In this document: positions 11,318 through 24,171 of the stretch, piece by piece
Numbering within the stretch: the stretch's first letter is position 1
Layout of the letters: every line of letters starts with the position of its first letter
Assembly: GCA_964016885.1 (NCBI GenBank)
Contig: OZ024765.1
Span: 7,564,001-7,628,000 of the forward strand
Length of the DNA: 64,000 nt
Direction: 5' to 3'
From: Eledone cirrhosa
Lineage: Eukaryota
Notes under the pieces: generated by a model
Told to the model about the DNA's origin: nothing
The model's database searches: none
What the model saw: the letters and a program-made list of their open reading frames with translations, nothing else
Translations under genes and position numbers: made by a program

Positions 11318-12591
11318 GCCCATGGGGACTCCTGTATGCTGATGACTTCGCACTTATAGCTGAATCTATGGTAGAACTAGAGAAGAAATTCCAAACCTGG
11401 AATCAGGGACTAGAAAGAAAGGGTCTCAAAGTCAACATGACAAAGACTAAGGTCCTTGTAAGTAGACGAGAAAACAGAACCCAGATCCCCTCAGGGAAAT
11501 GGCCTTGTTCAGTATGTAGGAAAGGTGTAGGTAGGAACCCCATTCTCTGCCCCAAATGCAAACAATGGGTACACAAGAGATGTAGCGGGATCTCAGGAAG
11601 CTTAATTAAGTATGTAGGCTTCACATGCAGCAGCTGTACTGGGACAGCAAGCAGCAAACAGCCACAGGAAACAAGTACCACCAATCTCTGGGAGGGCTCT
11701 GTAGAAACAGTAGACAGCTTCTACTACCTAGGTGACCGAATTAGAAGCGGAGGTGGGTGTTCAGAAAGTACAATAACTAGGGTAAGAACGGGATGGAAAA
11801 AGTTTAGGGAACTACTACCACTGTTAGCTGCAAAAGGCTTCTCCCTCAAAATGAAAGGCAGACTGTATGATTCGTGTATCCGAACAGCGATGTTGCATGG
11901 TAGTGAGACCTGGGCGCTGAAGGTGGAAGACTTACGTAGATTAGAGAGAAACAAAACCTGCATGCTCCGATGGATGTGTAATAGTAATATACGCGAACGA
12001 CAAAGCATAAATGAATTGAGAGAGACTGAGTATAAGAGGAATCAAATGCTGTGTGTAGGAGAGGCGGTTGCGTTGGTATGGACATGTGATGCGTATGAAG
12101 GATGACAGCTGCATAAAAAGGTGCAGAGCACTAGAAGTCGATGGAAACCGCGGAGTGGGGAGACCCAAGATGACCTGGGATGAGGTGATAAAAGCCGACC
12201 TTACCCAATTACACCTCTCAAAGGCGATGACACACGACTGTGACCTCTGGCGTCACGCAGTAATACAGAGTACCCGACCTGCCATGGGTACAAGCTGAAG
12301 CATATAGACAATATGCCCCCACACCCCCCCACCGCAAGGTGGTCGTGGAGGTGCCACGGCAAAAAGGCACCCAACCCACACTGTAAAGTGGACGTGTAGG
12401 CACCACGAAAAAGCACCCAGCACTCATTGTAAATGGGGTTGGTGTTAGGAAGGGCATCCAGCTGTAGAAATCAAGCCAAATCAGTTCCTGTATGAGCAAG
12501 GCATGGTCAGCCGACCAGACACTGCCCACCACAGGACAACCCGTCTAACCCATGCTAACGTGGAAAAACGGACATAAAACGGTGATGATGA

Positions 12592-12595
<4 letters not shown>
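11318..12595 (+). mobile_element. 5'-truncated RTE-clade LINE (ORF2 RT C-terminus, 3' UTR, (GAT)n tail) with Cys/His finger inserted after RT motif 6
   Basis: PWGLLYADD...GLKVNMTKTKV...CSVC..C..CKQWVHKRC...CSSC...FYYLG...MLHGSETW...RWYGHVMR...GRPKMTW; frameshift near 12025. Confidence 0.9.
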
Positions 12596-12633
<38 letters not shown>

Positions 12634-13039
12634 ATATATATATATGTGTGTATATATATGTATATATATATATATGTATATGTATATATGTATATGTGTA
12701 TATATATATATAAATATATGTGTGTATATATATATATGTGTGTATATATATGTATATATATATATATGTATATGTATATATGTATATGTGTATATATATA
12801 TATAAATGTGTGTGTGTATATATATATGGGCATATATATATGTATATATATATATGCATATATATATATATATATATATTTATTAAAATAACAGATTAAA
12901 GTTTAAGCAAAGAGTCTTCAATTTTATTATTATTACTATATATATATATATATATATCATATATATATATGTCTGTGTGCGTAATTATATATATATATAT
13001 TGAAAAATTGATGTTAAACGGTGAAGCTGATATATATAT

Positions 13040-13548
13040 ATATGCGTGTGTGTGTGTGTGTGTGTAATTGTATATATATATATAGATATATATATGTGTG
13101 TGTAATTGTATATATATATATATATGTGTGTGTATGTGTATGAGCAATTGTATATATATGTGTGTATGTATGTGTAATTGTATATATATGTGTGTATGTA
13201 TGTGTAATTGTATATATATATATGTGTGTGTATGTATGTGTAATTGTATATATATAGATATGTGTGTATGTGTAATTGTATATATATGTATGTATGTATG
13301 TGTAATTGTATATATGTGTGTATGTATGTGTAATTGTATATATATGTGTGTATGTATGTGTAATTGTATATATATGTGTGTATGTATGTGTAATTGTATA
13401 TATATATATATATATATGTGTGTATGTGTAATTGTATATATATGTATGTATGTATGTGTAATTGTATATATATGTATGTATGTATGTGTAATTGTATATA
13501 TAAGTGTGTATGTATGTGTAATTGTATACATATGTGTATGTGTATGTA
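13040..13548. repeat. Compound microsatellite with recurrent gtaattgta spacer
   Basis: Direct inspection. Confidence 0.85.
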
Positions 13549-14004
13549 CGAGGTTGAGTCTAACCTCCAACCTCACCAATGAAAGTTATGTCAACAAACA
13601 ATGTTTAAATATTTAAAGACAAAAACAGTTTTCCGAAGGTTATTATTGTACTGTTGTTGTTGTTGTTATCATAAATAAATAGACATATTAATGGTGGAGA
13701 ATTGGCAGAATTGGTAGATCATCATCACCGTCGTCATGTTATGTCTGCTGTTCCAAGCTTGCATGGGTTGGACGGGTCTTTCTCACTGCAGCATCTCCCC
13801 ACTTGTCACAATTTCTTTTCTCATCTCCTCCGTGGTCTTCAGCAATCTGAGATCTGTTCCCACCACTTCCGACCATGTCTTCTTTGGTCTTGTATGTATG
13901 TATGTGTGTATGTATGTATGTATGTGTGTATGTATGTATGTGTGTATGTATGTATGTATGTATGTATGTGTGTATGTGTGTATGTATGTATGTATGTATG
14001 TATG

Positions 14005-15625
14005 TATAGCTGGACTCGAAAGTCATCTTCGCAGTCATAAAGTAAGACCAGTGGTTGACTACCAGGCTGCTGTTGGAGATGCTACTCATCATGCTTGCCA
14101 AACATGTGGTAGAGAATGTAAATCAGCAGGAGGGCTCAAATGACATGCAAAAGTACACAAACTCCAACCACAGCCGACTATTCCCAGTGAATGTTTTGGT
14201 TGCTGACTCTGTGCAAGACATTTTAGATCATTGGCTGGGCTAAAAAGCCACATTCGATCGCAGCGCTGTTAGTTGCTATCGTGTGTGTGTGTGTGTAGAT
14301 ATGCTTATGTGTGTGCGTGTGTGTGTATATGTATATCATTGTTGTTGTTGTCGTTATTATTGTTGTTGTTGTTATTATTATTATTATTATTGTTATTAAT
14401 GTATGTGTGTGTATGTATATATATATATATTTTTTTATTTATTTTTTTTTTATTTTTATTTTTATTTTTATTTTTATTTATATATATATATATTTTTCTT
14501 CTCGTGCAATGGCCATACTCGATAACGAGGGGGCAGCCATCATCATGTATGTATGTATGTGTGTATGTGTGTATGTCAGGTCACCAGTTGGTGCTACTGG
14601 TAACATGTATCCCAGTACAACCTGTCTCATGGTCGGGTCGTTGGCGACTAAACTGGCAACCCAACCAAGGTTTCTTGGTGAGGAGGGTGACTTTGGACAT
14701 CCTGCAGGACTAAAAACAAAACCTGTCAAAGGGCAAAGGAGCTCTTAAGAGTCAATGGTCATCCAAAATCACCGGGAGAGATGACCCCTTAGCCTTTGTC
14801 AAGGCAGAATTCTAGGAGAAGGAAAACTTTGATGTAACACCTGCAACTCTGATGGTATCCTATGATGTTGACTTGTTCTTCTTTTTGGTAAATATCATCT
14901 TGGTTAAGAGAGTGGGACTGGCTTTGTGCAGTGCCTTTGCTCACTATAAAAGCTTCACGGCACAGGCATTGCTTTATATCTGGAGATCTCTCTGCACTTG
15001 TTGTCACATGGTACCATGGGCCCAGCACTATGTGTCAATAATTGTCACAAGTGTAGTGTTTGTACCAGAGTTTTCAAGTCGCTGGCTGGACTAAAAAGTC
15101 ACACTCGTTCAGCCCATTGGTAGGGGTTCTCCTACATGGATATAAAGTAGTGGCCGTACTCGAAAACGAGTTGGCAGCCATCCTGTGTGTATGTATGTAT
15201 ATGTATGTATGTGTGTAGAAAGGGCTGAAGAACTCATAAGAGTCAACGACCATCCAAAAGTGTGTAAAAATGTATATACACATGTACATATGTATGTGTA
15301 TGTATATGCGTGGGGACATAGAAATAGTCGGGCTGGACACCCGATCGCGCGGTCAAACCACTGGAAGTGAAGGACCCCTAGCCTTTGTCAGGGCATTCTT
15401 CTAGGAGAAGAAGGCGACTCAGTAGTTACCGATGATGTTGATCTTTTCTTCTTTTCAGGTTATAGCTACTGTCTCTCAGAGAGTGGGATTGGCTCAGTGC
15501 ACAGTCTTTCCTCACTTTAAAAATATCTTTGTGCACAGGCATTGCACGATGGAATTTATTAATAATTACTAATAATGGTATATCGTACAATGGCCATACT
15601 CGATAATGAGGGGGCAGCCATCATG
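14005..15625 (+). mobile_element. Cluster of RTE-like LINE fragments: 3' C2H2-finger-coding ends and 5' UTR pieces
   Basis: AGLESHLRSH / CQTCGRECKSAGGLK / GLKSHIRS; tail caatggccatactcgataa.gagggggcagccatcat at 14507 and 15587; ctaggagaagg 5' UTR-type segment at 14811 and 15401; related minus copy at 38050-38447. Confidence 0.6.
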
Positions 15626-15921
15626 CATGTCTGTATGTGTCACCTGAAGTTACATGAAAGAATAACCACCACCCAACACCACTCAAAAAAGACCTGGCGT
15701 AACAACATGCATGTATGCTACAAAGTGTATAGAACTAGTTCCAGACTAAAAAACACATGTTGGTACATAAAGATTGTGTCCCACAGGGTGACACCACCGG
15801 TCCTGTGGAAAGCACAACTTTCTTCTGTCACCTGTGTTGTAAACCATGAAGATCTACAGCTGGCCTACAAAGTCATCTATAAAGTCATGGGCACAGATGG
15901 GATGATACAAAGAATCTACAC

Positions 15922-16690
15922 AGCCACTTTACAGTGTGTACTGGGTGCTTTTTGTTGTGACACCTACACTACCACTTTACAGTGTGGACTGGGTGCTTTT
16001 TGTCGTGACACCTACATGACCACTTTACAGTGTGGACTGGGTGCTTTTTGTCGTGACACCTACATGACCACTTTACAGTGTGGACTGGGTGCTTTTTGTC
16101 GTGACACCTACATGACCACTTTACAGTGTGTACTGGGTGCTTTTTGTTGTGACACCTACATGACCACTTTACAGTGTGGGCTGGGTGCTTTTTGTTGTGA
16201 CACCTACATGACCACTTTACAGTGTGGGCTGGGTGCTTTTTGTTGTGACACCTACATGACCACTTTACAGTGTGTACTGGGTGCTTTTTGTTGTGACACC
16301 TACATGACCACTTTACAGTGTGTACTGGGTGCTTTTTGTTGTGACACCTACATGACCACTTTACAGTGTGGGCTGGGTGCTTTTTGTTGTGACACCTACA
16401 TGACCACTTTACAATGTGTACTGGGTGCTTTTTGTTGTGACACCTACACTACCACTTTACAGTGTGGACTGGGTGCTTTTTGTCGTGACACCTACATGAC
16501 CACTTTACAGTGTGTACTGGGTGCTTTTTGTTGTGACACCTACATGACCACTTTACAGTGTGTACTGGGTGCTTTTTGTCGTGACACCTACACTACCACT
16601 TTACAGTGTGGACTGGGCGCTTTTTGTCATCACACCTACATGACCACTTTACAGTGTGGGCTGGGTGCTTTTTGTCATGATACCTACATG
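15922..16690 (-). repeat. 48-bp minisatellite, 16 copies, derived from RTE LINE 3' UTR
   Basis: Unit accactttacagtgtggactgggtgctttttgtcgtgacacctacatg; its reverse complement matches the 3' UTR segments at 2520-2620, 6797-6860 and 12340-12425. Confidence 0.9.
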
Positions 16691-17003
16691 ACAACTGTAT
16701 ATTGCAAGAGTGGTGTGATCAGATGTGGGTGGTGTGTTAGGGGATGTATGTATGCATATAGATATCATCATCATCATCATTATCATCATCATCTTTCCGT
16801 CCATTTTTCCACACCATCATGGGTATGATGAGTCCTTATCAGTACAGCACGTCTCTACTTGTTGCATTCCTTTGTCATCTTCTCCATGAGCTTTAGTGAT
16901 CTGAGATCAGCTCTCACCTCTTCCATCCAGGTCTTCCTTGGTCTTCCTCTACTAGGACTTCCTTCCACTCGGATTACTTGACACTTTGTTGGACAAAATA
17001 TTT

Positions 17004-18105
17004 TGAGGCATTTTCCCTCAAATTCGCTGTCTTTGTGCTAAATGTAAGAACAATTATTCTTATGAGAGCAGGGTGGTGGATTGGCAGGATCGGTAGAGCG
17101 TCAGACAACATGCTTTGTGCCATAGTTGAGGCATTTTCCCTCAAATTCGCTGACTTTGTGCTAAATGTAAGAACAATTATTCTTATGAGAGCAGGGTGGT
17201 GGATTGGCAGGATCGGTAGAGCGTCAGACAACATGCTTTGTGCCATAGAATTATTTACATTCTGATTCAAATCCCACCGAGGTTAGTTTTGCGTCTCATT
17301 CTTTCGGGGTCGCTAAAATAGAATACCAGTAATGCACTGGGGTAGATATAATCGACTTTCCTCCTCCCCCCTCTCAAATTCTCTGGTCTTGTGCCAAAAG
17401 TAGAAACAATTATTAGTGCTCATGGGGGCAGTGGTTTGGCAGTATTGGTAGAGCGTCGGACAACATGCGTTGCAGCATAGAGTTATGGCCCTTTATAATC
17501 TGAGTTCAAATCCTGCCGAGGTTAACTTTGCCTTTCATTCTTCCGGGAGTCAATAAAATAAAGTACCAGTAATGTACTGGGGGTCAATTTTCCCATTAAA
17601 TTGTTGGCTTTATGTCAAAAGTAGAAACAATTATTATTAGTGTTCAATATGGCGTTGGCTTGGCAGTATCGGTAGAGCGTCAGACGCCATGCTTTGCAGC
17701 ACAGAGTTATGGCCCTTTACGTTCTGAGTTCAAATGCCGCCGAGGTTAGCTTTGCCTTTCATCCTTATTGGGTCAATAAATAAAGCACCAGTAATACATT
17801 GGGGTCGATTGCCAGAATCGGTAGAGAGTTGGACAAGGTGTTGCAGCATAGAGTTACGGTCCTTTACGTTCTGAGTTCAAATCCCGCTGATGAAAACTTT
17901 GCCTTTCATCCTTACAGGGTCGATAAAATAAAGCACCAGTAATACACTGGGGTAATTGCTGGCCTTGTGCCAAAAGTAGAAACAATTATTGGTGTTCATC
18001 TCTGGGAGAGGTCTATAAAATAGAGTACCAGTAACGTACTGGGGTAGATATAATCAGCTTTCCCCTCTTTCTCCCTGAAATTCACTGGCCTTGTGCCAAT
18101 ACTAG
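17004..18105 (+). mobile_element. Head-to-tail cluster of tRNA-derived SINEs
   Basis: Repeated ttggcag.atcggtagag (A box), gagttcaaatcc (B box), gcctttcatcc...agtaccag domain and gtagaaacaattatt tail; 123-bp direct duplication 17005/17128. Confidence 0.85.
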
Positions 18106-18519
18106 ACAAAAACATTTAATAGAAATATCTTCCACATTCTTTCTTCATCCAAAATTCTCGTTTGTTCTTCAGTTTTATTCTTCCCTAAAATGAAATTTAG
18201 TTATTTTTTCCCTTTTTTTATTTTATTTTTATTATTTTTTTTCATTTATTTTATTTTTTATTTATTTATTTTTATCGTGTTTTTATATTTTCACTTATTT
18301 ATTTGTTTTCTAAAAAATTATTTTTTTGCCACTAAATACCTGAGAATTTCTCGGAAATGGCGGAGGAACGAGGATGTAATCGGGCGAAGAAATTCTTACA
18401 CACATAAAGCCTCTTCCCTTAACATCTCTCTCTTTCGCTTTTCTACTTTCTTTCCCTCAACCCCCCTTTACTCTCTCTCTATTCTACCCCCCCCCCCCTC
18501 TCCATATCTACATTTTCCT

Positions 18520-20082
18520 GTCTGCAAAAATGAAAGGCAAACGACCTCCGCGGGCTTTGAACTCAGAAAGCGCAAAAGCCGGAACGAATACTGCAATGCA
18601 TTCTATCTGACGTTAGAGCTAGGGTTAGCCTTCTATCTGACGTTAGAGCTAGGGTTAGCCTTCTATCTGACGTTATAGTTAGCATTCTATCTGACGTTAG
18701 AGCTAGGGTTAGCATTCTATCTGACGTTATAGTTAGCATTCTATCTGACGTTAGAGCTAGGGTTAGCATTCTATCTGACGTTAGAGCTAGGGTTAGCATT
18801 CTATCTGACGTTAGAGCTAGGGTTAGCCTTCTATCTGACGTTAGAGCTAGGGTTAGCCTTCTATCTGACGTTAGAGCTAGGGTTAGCCTTCTATCTGACG
18901 TTATAGTTAGCATTCTATCTGACGTTAGAGCTAGGGTTAGCATTCTATCTGACGTTAGAGCTAGGGTTAGCATTCTATCTGACGTTAGAGCTAGGGTTAG
19001 CCTTCTATCTGACGTTAGAGCTAGGGTTAGCCTTCTATCTGACGTTAGAGCTAGGGTTAGCCTTCTATCTGACGTTAGAGCTAGGGTTAGCCTTCTATCT
19101 GACGTTATAGTTAGCATTCTATCTGACGTTAGAGCTAGGGTTAGCCTTCTATCTGACGTTAGAGCTAGGGTTAGCATTCTATCTGACGTTAGAGCTAGGG
19201 TTAGCATTCTATCTGACGTTATAGTTAGCCTTCTATCTGACGTTATAGTTAGCATTCTATCTGACGTTAGAGCTAGGGTTAGCCTTCTATCTGACGTTAG
19301 AGCTAGGGTTAGCATTCTATTTGACGTTATAGTTAGCATTCTATCTGACGTTAGAGCTAGGGTTAGCCTTCTATCTGACGTTAGAGCTAGGGTTAGCATT
19401 CTATCTGACGTTATAGTTAGCATTCTACCTGACGTTAGAGCTAGGGTTAGCCTTCTATCTGACGTTAGAGCTAGGGTTAGCATTCTATCTGACGTTAGAG
19501 CTAGGGTTAGCCTTCTATCTGACGTTATAGTTAGCATTCTATCTGACGTTAGAGCTAGGGTTAGCATTCTATCTGACGTTAGAGCTAGGGTTAGCCTTCT
19601 ATCTGACGTTAGAGCTAGGGTTAGCATTCTATCTGACGTTATAGTTAGCATTCTATCTGACGTTAGAGCTAGGGTTAGCATTCTATCTGACGTTAGAGCT
19701 AGGGTTAGCCTTCTATCTGACGTTATAGTTAGCATTCTATCTGACGTTAGAGCTAGGGTTAGCATTCTATCTGACGTTAGAGCTAGGGTTAGCCTTCTAT
19801 CTGACGTTAGAGCTAGGGTTAGCCTTCTATCTGACGTTATAGTTAGCATTCTATCTGACGTTAGAGCTAGGGTTAGCATTCTATCTGACGTTAGAGCTAG
19901 GGTTAGCCTTCTATCTGACGTTAGAGCTAGGGTTAGCCTTCTATCTGACGTTAGAGCTAGGGTTAGCATTCTATCTGACGTTATAGTTAGAATTCTATCT
20001 GACGTTATAGTTAGCATTCTATCTGACGTTAGAGCTAGGGTTAGCATTCTATCTGACGTTCTAACGACTCTGCAATCCGCCA
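18520..20082 (-). mobile_element. tRNA-derived SINE interrupted by an expanded minisatellite in its head
   Basis: Minus strand: ggcggattgcagagtcgttagaacgtcagatagaatgc [array] attgcagtattcg...gagttcaaagcccg...gcctttcat. Confidence 0.7.
18598..20060 (+). repeat. 30/24-bp minisatellite with telomere-like hexamers
   Basis: Units cattctatctgacg+ttagagctagggttag (30 bp) and cattctatctgacg+ttatagttag (24 bp), ~50 units. Confidence 0.95.
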
Positions 20083-20119
20083 TTTTGAAGGTCGGAATAG
20101 ACGTCGAAAAGAAATGGTT

Positions 20120-20330
20120 TCTGATTAAGGCACGAGGCCAGCAATTGGAAGGGGAGGTTCAAAGTTGATTGAATCGACTTCAGTGCATTACTGGTACTTT
20201 ATTTTATTCACCCTCTTGGGATGAAAAGCAAAGCCAACCTCGATGGGATTTGAACTCAGAACGCAAAGGGCCGTAACTCTGTGCTACAAAACATGTTGTT
20301 CGACGCTCTACCGATTTTGCTGCCAATCAA
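20120..20330 (-). mobile_element. tRNA-derived SINE
   Basis: Reverse complement of the SINE consensus (ggatttgaactc B box, ctggtactt domain). Further minus copies at 24730-24950, 29180-29365, 34848-35035, 49650-49822, 50143-50332. Confidence 0.8.
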
Positions 20331-20877
20331 TGAAAATAAAAGTAAAGGGCCAGTTATTTACTGAGGGAAGTGTAATAATTGTCTGTATGTTACATATTTC
20401 GACCAGCCCCCACCCACCGTCGTCTTCGGCATCACCATCACCAAACCATTGTGGCAAATAAAGAAACGATAATTAGGGTAAGGAAAGGGGTGGGGATGGA
20501 TGCGGGGTGGCTGTGGGGGGTGGTGTGAGGCGGATCGGGGTGGTGTGTGTGTCAGACGGTTTCCTGTTTCAATCGTTCACTTCCTAATACAGCGTCATTG
20601 CTACATATAGCACACAGCACCCGCCATCCCTTCCCCCCATCACCACCATGCCACACGACTCGACCCCCTCCCCCCCCCCTTTTTTTCCAACAGTGGGTCG
20701 GGTGGTGGTGGTGGTGGTACCGGCGGGGGTGGTGGGTTACCAAGATGTTGCTGGTGCAGCTGTCTATAATAACATTAAACCACTTACCTCCCTCCCTAAA
20801 CACACACGTATATAGAGATACATACAAGCATACGTTATGCTTACATATACTGAAGCACCCCCCCCCACACACACACA

Positions 20878-20913
<36 letters not shown>

Positions 20914-21022
20914 GCATATATACTTACAGATATACATACACACGCACACCTATAGATATACACTATTATAATGTATATATATTATATATATGTACACACT
21001 CACATAGCTATATACTAGTATA

Positions 21023-21056
<34 letters not shown>

Positions 21057-21254
21057 ATATATATATATGTTTGTTTGTATGTATATATATTTTTATATAT
21101 ATATATATATATATAAGTAGAAGGGATATTCAATTTGTTGGTAATTCAACAAATATAAATGTTTATAACTGATTCAGAGCACTCAACAGATTTTCTGGAG
21201 TATAATATACAATGATATTAAATAAATGGAAACTTATATTTATAAAACCATATT

Positions 21255-21315
21255 TATTCTATTATATATATTTCAAGGGTACCAAAACTTTGGTACACTC
21301 TCATCAGATAAAATA
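21255..21315 (-). ncRNA. Type I hammerhead ribozyme (family A variant)
   Basis: Minus strand: tattttat-CTGATGA-gagtgtaccaaa/g/ttttggtaccctt-GAAA-tatata-TA-atagaata. Confidence 0.75.
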
Positions 21316-21547
21316 TATACTATTTCCTCTCCCAATTAGCATAATTAACTATATAAAAAATCGAATAGACCAGGCTATAAGAATGAGGTTTCTATTGTGC
21401 TGTGCTTTCTAGCAAAAATGCCACCAGTCGTAAGCAACTACCACACCCCTTCCAACCTGACCGCGACTATGTCATGATTTTTAGCCATTTTGAAATGAAT
21501 TCTTGGCGCGATCGCTTTGGAAAATTTAGTGTCTAGATAAGAGCGAG

Positions 21548-21633
21548 CTTCCTGATGAATCCGGCGCTCGAGTTTATATAATTATTACATAATTATTGGA
21601 AAATTCAAAACACGGACGAAACCATGGTAGAGG
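21548..21633 (+). ncRNA. Hammerhead ribozyme with enlarged stem II loop
   Basis: cttc-CTGATGA-atccg...(~50 nt)...cggac-GAAAC-catg-GTA-gagg; palindromic stem III ACCATGGT. Confidence 0.55.
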
Positions 21634-22003
21634 TATTTAAATGTATTCTATTTTCTCCTAGTTTATTTTAAACCTAATTCTGTTTAGTTGACTATATCTG
21701 GGCGATTACGCTGTCGAAATATTCGATAAATATTCCGCTACGGCCGACGCGAAGCCCTAGTTTCGGTTATTTGTCGGAGATTCCTTCATAGAAGCCTCAT
21801 TCGTATAGCCTGGTCTATTCGATTTTTTATATAGTTAATTATGCTAATTGGGAGAGGAAATAGTATATATTTTATCTTGTGATTCTATAGACATGTTTTA
21901 TGATATATAGCTCTGATTGTTTAATTTATTAATTTTTCATTGAGCCACAAAGTGACCAGTTGCAAAATACGTATATGTATATGTATGTATATATATATGT
22001 AAA

Positions 22004-22057
<54 letters not shown>

Positions 22058-22097
22058 TATCAATATTAATAAACTAGATGTTCTTTTAATCAATTAC

Positions 22098-22150
22098 ATT
22101 TTATTATACATATTTCGGATGTACAGCAGTACGTCCTCATCAGACAAAAT
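22098..22150 (-). ncRNA. Type I hammerhead ribozyme (family B)
   Basis: Minus strand: attttgt-CTGATGA-ggacgtac/tgct/gtacatcc-GAAA-tatgta-TA-ataaaat. Confidence 0.8.
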
Positions 22151-22252
22151 ATAATGATACATGACATACCCTGAGATGTTAAACCTACTGTAAAACTTAT
22201 TCTTTGACATAATCATTGAATATTGTTTAACACACACATATATATATATATA

Positions 22253-22440
22253 TAACGAAGGAAATGTGGTAAGGAACCAGGTAGACCATAACGCATCAAA
22301 GTACTCAATACTTAGGGTAGTAGAGTGGGTAATAGGAACGAGTAGGACCCCGACGGCTGAGCTCAAGCCGTTTCGACGGCTAATTCCAGAATTAGCCGTC
22401 GAAACGGCTTGAGCTCAGCCGTCGGGGTCCTACTCGTTCC
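22253..22440. mobile_element. Fold-back element family G (hammerhead 3' half in palindrome) in (TA)n
   Basis: Near-identical copies at 31592-31798 and 37688-37889; related pieces at 23000-23040, 33213-33315, 54140-54430. Confidence 0.75.
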
Positions 22441-22471
<31 letters not shown>

Positions 22472-22866
22472 AGTATAGAAATTATTGTGACCAAGAAGCC
22501 AACAGTATTATATGTATATATCAGGGGTGAAGGGTCAGTGCATGCTTTATAGAATCTTGAGTTGATCAATTGCGTCGGTTGAAGCAAGCAGAGTTTTGGC
22601 TGCTTACTAAATCGTAGACACATAAAAAGATAACAGACACACTAGATAACACTACATGCGGCTTTGACTGGGAGGGTCATTTAGGGTGGGGGTGGCGGGG
22701 TAAGGCTACACAGCCCCACTTTCCGTCATGGCGATTGGACTGTATACCCTGCTTTCCAGGTTACCCTTCGCCACTGATATATATATATACAGACACATAA
22801 ATATGTATCTAATATACACGCGGTTTCAGTTAGATTATGTATATTTCACCTACCAAACGCACATGA

Positions 22867-22903
<37 letters not shown>

Positions 22904-23040
22904 TTCATATGTGTGTGAATATATATATGGACATATAAATATACACAGACATATGTATTATATACATACGCTTGTATACACACACATATATATATGAAAA
23001 AGTCGGGATCCCGATGGGTGAGCTCTAGCCGTTTCAATAG

Positions 23041-23110
<70 letters not shown>

Positions 23111-23594
23111 TGATTAATTCTGATGATTCCAATCTTTTGTTCATATAATTTAGTAATAATTAATTGTCCGCTTAAGATGTGGAAGAAACGTGCGTTAATT
23201 TATTAAAACGTAATATAATTAACCGTTTAATAAATTATCGCACGTTTCTTCCACATCTTAAGCAGACACAATTAATTATTACTAAATTAATTATATGAAC
23301 AAAAGATTGGAATCATCAAGATTAATAAAAAGAGAACATAACTAACTTGTTACCTCTTAGAATCATTTCGATTTCAGATTTAGGCTAACAGCTAACCGTT
23401 TGGGTCTTATTTATCATTGAAATATTTGCTCTATGAGTTGACTTAAACATCTTCAAATAAGGATTCCATACAATTCAAACAGAATTGTATGTAGCCTTCT
23501 GGGTAGTTTATTGTAATAAATCTCGTATTTTGAGCTGTAATAAATTTCTTCACCTACCCTTATCTGTTTTCTTGTTCGAAAACGATCTCTTGTA

Positions 23595-23652
<58 letters not shown>

Positions 23653-24171
23653 TACTGTTATAACTCTAAGGTAAAATTCCTTATTGAGTGCTTTTGGCTG
23701 CACTTCTCGACAGCATTCGTTAGCTTGCCCGCAACCAGAGCTTCGATTATGTTGTACTACCTTGTATATATATATATATATATCGACTTTCGTCAAATCG
23801 GACCGAGGAAACAATGTTTCCATTGGTCTTTCCAACTAAGGTATCCCTTCAATCTGTCTTATTTCTCATTCTCTCTTCTAATGAAGGACTAGCGTCCAAA
23901 ACGTTAAGACCCTCTTCCTGCTATTCAAGCGTTAACCTAATATATTCCTTCCGTATACTGTACCGATTGTGTTGTTATTTCTGTTTACCTTTTACAAGAG
24001 AGAGAGAGGGGGGGGGAGAGATTGCAGTACGGAGACGACGGAGAACACTAATCATGACAGAACTCAATGCATGAGGGAGAAGGAGAGTGGGTAGAGATAA
24101 GTAAAATCCGAAACCGCTTGTCGCCGCTGTTGGGATTTTACCTATCTCTTTCTCTCTCTCTATATATATAA

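Noticed and set aside
14005-14270. Host C2H2 zinc-finger gene
   Set aside because: Interrupted by stops, no splice structure, followed by a LINE-type tail; interpreted as retroelement 3' end.
15575-16828. 417-aa Cys-rich repeat ORF
   Set aside because: Made of a LINE-derived 48-bp minisatellite plus TE fragments.
18563-20083. 506-aa ORF of TSDRMLTLAL repeats
   Set aside because: Stop-free frame of a 30/24-bp minisatellite inside a SINE; no coding evidence.
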